Assembly: GCA_048938445.1 (NCBI GenBank)
Contig: JBHLME010000106.1
Span: 1-15,778, forward strand
Source of the DNA: Promethearchaeota archaeon
Lineage (GTDB): Archaea; Asgardarchaeota; Lokiarchaeia; Sigyniarchaeales; SOKP01
Direction: 5' to 3'
Length of the DNA: 15,778 nt
The notes under the pieces were generated by a model. The model worked only from the letters and a program-made list of their open reading frames with translations. It did no database searches and was not told where the DNA came from. Positions 1 through 7,608 of this stretch are shown here, in pieces; positions within the stretch are counted from its first letter, which is position 1; each line of letters begins with the position of its first letter. Both the position numbers and the translations under genes were made by a program.

Positions 1-114
1 TCACTAATTTTTTAAATAAATCTTAGAATTAAAAGCTTAGTGAAGAATTATCTCTTAAATATATATTATTATCATAATAAATAATTAAAATAAAAGAAAA
101 TAATTTATATGGAC

Positions 115-759
115 TTAATAAGCCATTAGTACCAAGATAAAAGAGACCAATATAATTGCTCCACCATAATTGGTATATCCATTAGGAAACATAAAAATCA
201 CGAAACCGATAATAAGAACCACCCACCATGCATAGGGAATGTTGATTGTTATCTTTTTTTGCATAGTTAATAGAAGTATGACAGCTAAAATGATATTAAT
301 TACACTCCACACAATTACGAAGGCATCTTGAGCACCTACTATACTAGGTGCCGCATTAAATATGATTGTCCAGAGGGCTCCAATTAATCCTACTACTTTT
401 GATGATTTATACTTCTGATCGTCTGATAAAGCCTCTACGAAACCCGCAATTGCAATTAATAAACCTCCTAAAAAAGGACCAACGTAAAAAAAGAACAACA
501 AAGCGATCCCAATACCTATTATTAATAGCAACCATGATTTATAAGGAATGATAAATTTAGTTGTTTGAAAGATGTTCAATGATATAAATACAAAAATACC
601 TAAAACTATTCCTAAAATGCCAAGAAGAATAGGAATAAGTATTTGAGGAAATGTTTCTTGAGAAAAAAATGTTAAATAAGACTCGTAAAATAAAAATAGT
701 GTACCAATCAGAGCCACAACTTTCGATGCCGAAATACCTACTCTACTAGTTTCACCCAT
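115..759 (-). CDS. Uncharacterised polytopic membrane protein, paralog 1 of a tandem trio (about 8 TM, internal duplication)
   Basis: 214 aa hydrophobic ORF. It shares the motifs ASKVVALI, SSKVVGLIG, GGLLIAIAGFVE and IPYAWWVVLIIGF with the ORFs at 891-1628 and 1939-2739. Confidence 0.85.
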   Translation of the reverse strand: MGETSRVGISASKVVALIGTLFLFYESYLTFFSQETFPQILIPILLGILGIVLGIFVFISLNIFQTTKFIIPYKSWLLLIIGIGIALLFFFYVGPFLGGLLIAIAGFVEALSDDQKYKSSKVVGLIGALWTIIFNAAPSIVGAQDAFVIVWSVINIILAVILLLTMQKKITINIPYAWWVVLIIGFVIFMFPNGYTNYGGAIILVSFILVLMAY

Positions 760-859
760 AATTCTTCACTTTGAAATTTTAAATATAGATCTTCATAATC
801 AAATTTTTCTTAAATAAGTTATCTTAAAAATATAAATATAACTCAATTGATTTTTTATT

Positions 860-878
860 AAAAGAAAAAAAAAAAAAA
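860..878 (-). terminator. Oligo-U archaeal-type terminator after paralog 2
   Basis: Near-pure A run on the + strand (T run on the minus strand) about 12 nt after the TAA at 891. Confidence 0.5.
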
Positions 879-890
879 TTAATTTATTGT

Positions 891-1628
891 TTATTCTCTA
901 ATCATTACAATAAAAGCTATTAAAATAATAATTCCAGTAATAGCTCCAGTATACCATGTAAAGAAGATAAATCCAATTATTAGAATGAGCCACCAGGCGA
1001 ATTTGAGCTTTACATTAACCTTATTTTGTATTATTAGGAGTAGTAAAACCATGCATATAATTCCAACAACTATATAATATATACCACTTGTTTGATCAAC
1101 CAATCCATTTGAAACTCCGACACCTAGTAAAATAACATCAACTAATGCACAAAGTACTCCAATCAACGTAAGTATTTTAGCAACAGAAAGATTTTCTTTC
1201 CATTTTAGTAAGATTTCGATTAGTGCAGCAATAAGTACTAAAAGTCCACCTAAAATAGCTCCAATTTGAAGTTCACCTGCCACTGCTACTCCCTGCCATG
1301 CAGCTACTCCATTCCAGAGTACTCCTGAAAACTCTAGTATTAACATTAACCCACCGATAATTAGCAAAGGTATCCAATGATATAATTTTTTGAGGAAAGC
1401 TATTTTTAAGTCGACTACCGTTGCTATTATGGCAATCATAAGTATAGCAGCTAAAATAAGTTGAAGCACCCCAATTGTACCATAACCAAAACCAATCGGA
1501 AATGGTAATAAATGATAACCTATCCACCAATTATTAACACCTTCTTTGAAAACCATTAATAAGGCAATCAATGCGACTACTTTTGGGGCTGTAAATTGAC
1601 TTTTCATTCCTGTTTCTGTTTCTCCCAT
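891..1628 (-). CDS. Uncharacterised polytopic membrane protein, paralog 2
   Basis: 245 aa hydrophobic ORF starting MGET like paralog 1. Motifs APKVVALI, VAKILTLIG, GGLLVLIAALIE and FAWWLILIIGF. GAGGT SD-like motif upstream and a long T-run after the stop. Confidence 0.85.
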   Translation of the reverse strand: MGETETGMKSQFTAPKVVALIALLMVFKEGVNNWWIGYHLLPFPIGFGYGTIGVLQLILAAILMIAIIATVVDLKIAFLKKLYHWIPLLIIGGLMLILEFSGVLWNGVAAWQGVAVAGELQIGAILGGLLVLIAALIEILLKWKENLSVAKILTLIGVLCALVDVILLGVGVSNGLVDQTSGIYYIVVGIICMVLLLLIIQNKVNVKLKFAWWLILIIGFIFFTWYTGAITGIIILIAFIVMIRE

Positions 1629-1716
1629 TTTTAAGACCTCTTAAAGTTTTATTTAAATTGTTTTTATTTAATTTATTTTATTTTTAAGTAAAATAAAAAA
1701 TAATTAGATTGTCACA

Positions 1717-1768
1717 TATTTAAGCGTTATGATGTGTCCTCATGTTATTAATAATGCTATTAACATGA
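1717..1768 (-). promoter_or_regulatory. Putative BRE/TATA promoter of paralog 2 with an upstream 8-bp inverted repeat
   Basis: Minus strand ATAACG-CTTAAATA at 1730->1717, plus perfect inverted repeat TCATGTTA (1740-1747) N13 TAACATGA (1761-1768). Confidence 0.4.
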
Positions 1769-1938
1769 AAGTAATCTAATCATTTTCATTTACTTTTTTG
1801 TTGAAAATTTCTTTTTAAAAATATTTTAATGATGATATAACAAAGTCATGCTTTTAAAACTAATTAATAAAGAAGTAATATGTAGGTATTTTTACGCATA
1901 AGAAAATAATAAAAAAAATAAATTGAATAATTAAATAA

Positions 1939-2739
1939 TTACTTTTCTAAGAGCATTAAGATAAATGATATTAAGATGATAGTTCCACCATTTTGACCTA
2001 CCCAACCATAGATGATGAATCCAAGGATTAATACCATCCACCATTGATAAGGTATGAATTTAATTGCATCTACCATTGACAATGATAAGAAGATAATTAC
2101 TGCAATTCCAACACAGGTATCCCAAAAAATTGCTATAGGTGAGGTATCAATCGGAATTGTGATTAAGAGAGCTATATCTAAAAGAGTAAAAATTATACCC
2201 ATAACTGCCACTAATTTAGAAGGTTGAATCTCATAATCTTTTATACGCAAATATTCTAAGATTGTAGCTGTTAAAACTAATAAACTACTAAGAACTCGAG
2301 TACGATTAGGTAAATTAGTAGGGTCCCAACCTATAAGCAAAGAAAGGGCTTCGAAGAGGAGTATTAGGAAAAAGAAAATTACTAATACCTCCCACCTGAA
2401 GAATTTTTCAACTTCTTCGATTTTTTTAAGTCTAGGTTTCCCGAAATCAAGTATATCTAAAATAAGAATTAATGCCACACCAAGAATGCACAACATTATT
2501 CCATAAAAAATTAATGAACCAAATAAAATATTGATGGCAATATTATGCACTCCTTGCCAAAATAAGTTAGAGCCTGTAAGTATAGTTAATAAAGCAGCAA
2601 TTAACGCTACGATTTTTGGAGCTCCTTCTGGTCCAGTAAATTTAATGATTGCTCCTGCTACAATTTTTTTTGATTTTGTATCTTTTTTTGGTTTTTCTTT
2701 AACTTCCATTAAAGTTTCTTCTTCTACCATTTTACTCAC
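1939..2739 (-). CDS. Uncharacterised polytopic membrane protein, paralog 3 (charged N-terminal extension)
   Basis: 266 aa ORF (GTG start; alternative ATG at 2730). Motifs APKIVALI, PSKLVAVMG, SSLLVLTATILE, IPYQWWMVLILGF and GGTIILISFIL. Confidence 0.85.
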   Translation of the reverse strand: MSKMVEEETLMEVKEKPKKDTKSKKIVAGAIIKFTGPEGAPKIVALIAALLTILTGSNLFWQGVHNIAINILFGSLIFYGIMLCILGVALILILDILDFGKPRLKKIEEVEKFFRWEVLVIFFFLILLFEALSLLIGWDPTNLPNRTRVLSSLLVLTATILEYLRIKDYEIQPSKLVAVMGIIFTLLDIALLITIPIDTSPIAIFWDTCVGIAVIIFLSLSMVDAIKFIPYQWWMVLILGFIIYGWVGQNGGTIILISFILMLLEK

Positions 2740-2857
2740 AAGTTTTTTCTTTAGATTCCAATAAATTATGATTTAAATATATTATATACCAAAATATAGT
2801 TTAAAAACCTAATTGACGAATTATTTAAATTAAAAATTTATAAAAGTTCTAATTAAT

Positions 2858-2865
2858 AAAAAAAA
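2858..2865 (-). terminator. U8 terminator tract after the SECIS
   Basis: Eight Ts on the minus strand just 3' of the SECIS structure. Confidence 0.45.
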
Positions 2866-2871
2866 TGCTTT

Positions 2872-2939
2872 ACCGATACCATTGCATTGGTTAGTCTTTC
2901 TGCGACTATTATTTTCTCGCAAAAATCATTCTAATCGGT
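2872..2939 (-). promoter_or_regulatory. SECIS element (eukaryote-like/Lokiarchaeal AUGA...GA K-turn type) at the 3' end of the hdrA-vhuD operon
   Basis: Minus-strand RNA: ACCGAU UAG AAU GA UUUUUGCGA GAAAAUAAUAG UCGCAGAAA GA CUA ACCA AUGCAA UGGU AUCGGU. It has a 9-bp upper stem, an A-rich loop, a tandem GA/GA core with a 3-nt bulge and a UAG/CUA lower stem, and it directly follows a gene with in-frame UGAs. Confidence 0.88.
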
Positions 2940-3371
2940 TTTTTTCTCTTTTTTTCCCTTGAAGGGATTGCTGCCTATCTTTTCAATAATTCCAGATATT
3001 CGTATCGATTCATTTTGAAATCTTTGACCTTCTGCTGCGCTACAGTGAAACATTTGTATTCTTTCGGGAGAAATTCCCGTGGTTTTTAAAATCTCCCTTA
3101 CATATTCAACATTTCTCTCTGCGACTAAATTACCCGTTTCGTAATCACATTCCCCAGGATATCATCCAGCAACCATAATACCATCAGCACCATTCCCAAT
3201 CGCTCTCATCATGAGGCTTGGAGTAACTCTTCCCGTGCAATTTATCCTAATTGGTCTTATCGTTGCGGGGTATTGTGCACGTATGGTTCCCGCCATATCT
3301 GCACCCCCATATCCTCATTTCCAGCATAAAAAGGACAAGATTTTAGTACTATTTTCAGCTATTTTACTCAC
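2931..3371 (-). CDS. vhuD: F420-non-reducing hydrogenase iron-sulfur subunit D (MvhD/VhuD), selenoprotein with 2 Sec (U19, U70); absent from the ORF track
   Basis: Hand translation: MSKIAENSTKILSFLCWKUGYGGADMAGTIRAQYPATIRPIRINCTGRVTPSLMMRAIGNGADGIMVAGUYPGECDYETGNLVAERNVEYVREILKTTGISPERIQMFHCSAAEGQRFQ...KTD*. MvhD motifs CxxC..GADxAG, CxGR, GADG..GCxxGxCxY.GN and SAAEG are present. TGA codons at 3317-3315 and 3164-3162 replace conserved Cys. The start (GTG 3371) is uncertain by a few codons. Confidence 0.93.
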
Positions 3372-3375
3372 CTCT

Positions 3376-5343
3376 TTATACCTCCTCTAGAATTGCATCT
3401 ATTTGTTTTTCATATTGAGGTTCTCGATAATATCTAAGAGTGATTGCTTCTGATGGACAACTCGCTAAACATGTACCGCATCCCCTGCATAAGATTTCAT
3501 TCACTAAAGCACCATCTTCTTGAACTGTTATGGCATTGTATGGGCAATTTAATTCACATAATCCACATTTTGCACAGCGTTCTTTCTCCACTGTTGCTCG
3601 AATTAATAGTATGCGATATTTATCCTTGCTCATTAACCTTGCTAATGAAGATGCTGCTGCTCTTCCTTGAGCTATGGATTCTGAAATTGATTTAGGTCCT
3701 TGTGCAACTCCGGCAAGAACTATTCCAGGTATCTTAGTATCAATTGGATTTAATCGCGAATGATATTCTTTAAAGAATCCATCTTGACTAACCTCAAGTT
3801 TTAATAGTCTACCAAGGTCTTCGACTCCTCTTGAGGGAACCATTGCGGCGGACAAAACAATCAAATCATATTCCATTTCTTGAGGTTTTAAGGAATCACG
3901 CAATGTATTATGAATCATTACTTTTAGATTGTGTGTTTCAGCATCTTCCTCAATTGTTGAGATGTTTGTCCGAATATACTTGATTCCTTCCTTTCGGGAG
4001 GCCGTGAAGTATTCTTCATAATCTTTTCCAGAAGCTCGCATATCCATGTAGGCAACAGTTATGTCCGAATCGGGATAATGTTGTTTGATGAGTTTGGTAT
4101 TTTTAATACTAATCATGCAACATACACCAGCACTACAATATGTATTTCTCTTGAGATCTCGTGAGCCCACGCATTGAATGAATAAAATTCTCTTAGGTCG
4201 TTTCCCATCTGAGGGGCGAACTAGATGTCCAACAGTAGGACCGTTTGGAGCTAAAATACGCTCGAGTTGCATTTGAGTAATGACATTTGGATAAATTCCA
4301 TATCCTAGATAGCCATGATCGGGGATATATTCATCCCAACCAGTTGCTACCACGATTGATCCTACTTTTATGCTTTTTAATTCATCTTTTTGATTGAAGT
4401 CTATGGCCTTTAGTTCACATACACCCTTACATAGCTCACATTTGATACATTTAGTCATATCTATTTGAGCCATTGAGGGAACAGCTTGCGCAAAAGAGAC
4501 ATAAATAGCTTTTCTAGCATTTAATCCTTCGTTAAATTCATCATAAGCGTAAGCAGGGCAAACTTCTGAACAAGAACCACAACCATTGCAGTCTTGTGTA
4601 ACATATCTAGCTCTTTTTCTTATTTTCACCTCAAAGTTCCCTACGAATCCTTTTACATCATCAATATCACTATATGTATAGATGTTTATACCTGGTGTTC
4701 TTGCAGCTTCAAGCATTACGGGACCGAGAATTCATATACTACAATCATCAGTAGGAAAGGTTCTATCTAATTGGGCCATTTTTCCACCAATAGTAGGACT
4801 TTTTTCTACCAAATGAACTTCATATCCTTGTTCGGCTAAATCTATGGCAGCGGATAAACCAGCAACACCTCCCCCAATCACGAGTGTTCTTTTAGTGATA
4901 TCAACTTCCTTTACTAAGATTTTTTCTAAGACTGCTGCTCTTGCGACTGCTGATTTGATTGCATCTTCTGCTACTTTTTGTGCTCCAGGTTTATCATTTC
5001 TATGCACGAAACTTGCATGTTCACGAATATTCACGAATTCTAAATAAGATGGGTCTACACCCATTGATTCTAGAACACTTTTGAAAACTGGTTCATGTGT
5101 TTTTGGAGTACAAGATGCTAAGACTAATCGGTTAGCCTTGCTTTCTATCATTTTTTCTTTGATAAATTCCGCTCCAGGTTCAGTGCATAGACTTATGTAA
5201 TCAGAAGCAGCAACTACATTAGGAAGTGTTCTGGAGAATTCTGCTAATGCGCCACAATCGACTATTTCTGCTATATTGATACCTCACTGACAGACAGCTA
5301 CAAAAATTCGAATTTCTTCTTCAGTTTTTTCTGTATCTACCAT
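3376..5343 (-). CDS. hdrA: Heterodisulfide reductase subunit A (flavin-bifurcating HdrA), selenoprotein with 2 Sec (U20, U204), 655 aa
   Basis: Track ORFs 4732-5151 and 3376-4716 and an upstream segment from ATG 5343 are all in one frame, joined by TGA at 5286-5284 (IFVAVCQUGINIA) and 4734-4732 (RTFPTDDCSIUILGP). Motifs include GGGVAG FAD-binding, SCTPKTHE, VNIRE, CVGSR..YCS..CC and two pairs of CxxCxxCxxxC ferredoxin motifs. Confidence 0.95.
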
Positions 5344-5505
5344 TGCATATCATTTAATTTTACTTTTTTGTATTTTCCACCTAAATATTTTTTTTAATAC
5401 TAATAATATTTTAAATCTCTGAAATTTTATAAAATTGGCTAAATTTTAAATTAAGAATATTTTATATATATGTTATAAAATAAAAAAGAAAACTTTAGAA
5501 TATGC

Positions 5506-5973
5506 GTGATACAATTGGAAATGCTATTTAAAGATATTCCTGGAGAATATATACCTTTTATATATGCGGGAATCACTTTTGGTTTAATGATTATTTCCTG
5601 GATTCCAATATTAAAAATCGGTTTAGCCATCACGCATGCAGAAGTTAAAAAAGAAATGAAATGGGTAGCGGCTAGTGCTGCTATTCAAGCAGGTGCGGTT
5701 TTTTTCATAATGCTACCCATTTTCTTGCTTGAATTTTCAAGTGAATCACATGAAGGACCAGATTTTGGATGGATAATAGGTCTAATGTGTTTAGGTTTAT
5801 TTATTAATCTTAATATCATAAATGTCTTTCATAGGGTAGGTATTAAACGTGCTCTTCTTATATTTGCTTTGGAAATAATACCTGTTATCATCATAATGTC
5901 TTTTATGCTCGCAGATACAGGTCCTTCAAATAATTATGAAAGTGGTACCTCAATGCTTTTATCAATATTCTAG
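5506..5973 (+). CDS. Hypothetical membrane protein (about 4 TM)
   Basis: 155 aa ORF with four hydrophobic segments, divergent from hdrA. The start may be the ATG at 5521. Confidence 0.7.
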   Translation: MIQLEMLFKDIPGEYIPFIYAGITFGLMIISWIPILKIGLAITHAEVKKEMKWVAASAAIQAGAVFFIMLPIFLLEFSSESHEGPDFGWIIGLMCLGLFINLNIINVFHRVGIKRALLIFALEIIPVIIIMSFMLADTGPSNNYESGTSMLLSIF

Positions 5974-5998
5974 ATTTTAAAAATTTCGAAATTAAGAG

Positions 5999-6898
5999 CT
6001 ATAATCCTATTTGATTATTAATATTATTATTCATATCGACAATCTCTTCTCTTGCGGCTAATGCGAATTTTTCTTCAGTATATTTTTTTTTATAATACGC
6101 AAACATTATTCCTCTTGATGAATTTACAATTGCACCGAGTCCTTTTTTATCAAATCCATATTTAACATCTTCGGCAGTTGCGCCTTGGGTTCCATATCCC
6201 GGAATTAGAATGAATGAGTTTTTAACAATATTTCGAATTGTTTTTAACTCTTTTGGAAATGTTGCACCTACGACAATACCTAAATCGTGATATTCTGAAA
6301 ATTTTGTTAATTGTTCACCCCAGAGTTTTACTAATTTTGCCATTTGAACATAATTTCTTTCTAATTTAACTGATTTCCTTTCAATTTCAAAATTTTCTTC
6401 GGGAATATCATCAAGCTTAATACTAAATAAGTTTTGGAAGTCTCGAGAACTAGGATTTGAAGTTTTTACAAGTATAAATAGTCCTTTTCCTTGATACTGG
6501 AGGAAGGGTTTTATTCCATCAATTCCTAAATATGCATTAAGAGTACATGCATCAGCTTTATAGACTTCAAAAGTAGAATAAGCATATGCCCCAGATGTAG
6601 AGCCTATATCGTTTCTTTTTGAATCCAATATTACTAATACATCATTTTTATGTGCATATTGAATTGTTTCTTTTAAAGCTTCGAAAGCCTCATATTTTTC
6701 ATAAAAGGCAATTTGTGGTTTAATAACGGGAATTAGATCACAAGTATTATCTATTAAAGTTTTATTGAATTCTAATATTATTTTATTAGGATCTTGATAA
6801 TCGTTAATTAGAAATTTTGGTATTTGCCCCTCATTTTCCATCTTGGGATCTAATCCCATACAGATAACACTTTTTTTATCTTTAATCTGAGTAATCAA
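5999..6898 (-). CDS. pyrF: Orotidine-5'-phosphate decarboxylase (type 2)
   Basis: Motifs CMGLDP, KPQIAFYE, DSKRNDIGST (DxKxxDIxxT), VKTSNP, VVGAT, LIPGYGTQG and VNSSRGI. The true start is probably slightly upstream (see findings). Confidence 0.95.
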   Translation of the reverse strand: MITQIKDKKSVICMGLDPKMENEGQIPKFLINDYQDPNKIILEFNKTLIDNTCDLIPVIKPQIAFYEKYEAFEALKETIQYAHKNDVLVILDSKRNDIGSTSGAYAYSTFEVYKADACTLNAYLGIDGIKPFLQYQGKGLFILVKTSNPSSRDFQNLFSIKLDDIPEENFEIERKSVKLERNYVQMAKLVKLWGEQLTKFSEYHDLGIVVGATFPKELKTIRNIVKNSFILIPGYGTQGATAEDVKYGFDKKGLGAIVNSSRGIMFAYYKKKYTEEKFALAAREEIVDMNNNINNQIGL

Positions 6899-7205
6899 AT
6901 TTTCAATAAAAATAATCCATCAACCTTGATTTTTTTAATTTGACGTATTAAATGAAAAATTGCCAAAATAAATGGAAATTATTTATCATATAAAATAGAT
7001 AACTCCACTTGCAACTGTTCTTCTCTGTATTCATGGCAAATTTCTCGTTTGATTATCTTTATTTTCTTATATTTTAAAGGACACTTTATATATATATCTT
7101 TTTCTAAGAAACTTTTATTGGGAAGCTTCCTTTAACGGTGTATTTCACACTTTTATTTGAATAATTCTAATACGCTTACTAGACCATAAGAGATTAAAAA
7201 AATTA

Positions 7206-7430
7206 AAAAAAAATAATATTTACAATTCTACTACTCCTATGATTACAAATCTCGCTATATCTTATGTTGACGAATTAATAAGATATACAACCTTAAAAGA
7301 TAATAAAGATGAAATAAAGAGTAATCTTTTAGATACTTTAAAAGATTCTGATATAATTATTTTCACAGGTGGTTCATTAATTGGTAACAAAGATTATTTG
7401 CTAGAAATTATGAATAAAAAAATTTTATAA
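7206..7430 (+). pseudogene. moeA: Remnant of molybdopterin molybdotransferase MoeA (MoCF-binding domain fragment)
   Basis: In-frame KKNNIYNSTTPMITNL...LKDNKDEIKSNLLDTLKDSDIIIFTGGSLIGNKDYLLEI resembles MoeA IYDSN..ML...DD...I......D.IITSGG.SVG.KDY. It lacks both the N- and C-terminal domains. Confidence 0.65.
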
Positions 7431-7498
7431 TAAGTTTTTTAATTTATTGCTTTTATTCAGAAATGTTTTATATCTTATAGCTTATTTTTAGAAAAATC

Positions 7499-7523
7499 AA
7501 ATATGATCAAAATGATCATATTT
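7499..7523. promoter_or_regulatory. Palindromic operator 1 (putative PadR site), abutting the TATA box TTTAAATA at 7521-7528
   Basis: AAATATGATC-AAAAT-GATCATATTT, 10-bp perfect arms. Confidence 0.75.
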
Positions 7524-7556
7524 AAATAGTTAAATGTTTTCTAACTAAATAGAGTG

Positions 7557-7577
7557 ATATGATCAAAATGATCATAT
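7557..7577. promoter_or_regulatory. Palindromic operator 2 (identical 21-bp copy)
   Basis: ATATGATC-AAAAT-GATCATAT is an exact repeat of 7501-7521, 56 bp downstream and 31 bp before the PadR ATG. Confidence 0.75.
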
Positions 7578-7608
7578 ATAACTTATCAATTTTAATAGGT
7601 TAAATGAA

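Noticed and set aside
3376-5151. hdrA as a split gene or pseudogene (two ORFs in the track)
   Set aside because: All parts are in one frame, the only interruptions are TGA at conserved Cys positions, and a SECIS follows the operon.
6948-7034. 28-codon minus-strand ORF upstream of pyrF (MNTEKNSCKWSYLFY...)
   Set aside because: It is too short and has no motif, so it cannot be distinguished from chance or decayed sequence.
7121-7150. Short palindrome GGAAGCTTCC and GTG-N7-CAC hairpin
   Set aside because: They are single short elements with no supporting context.
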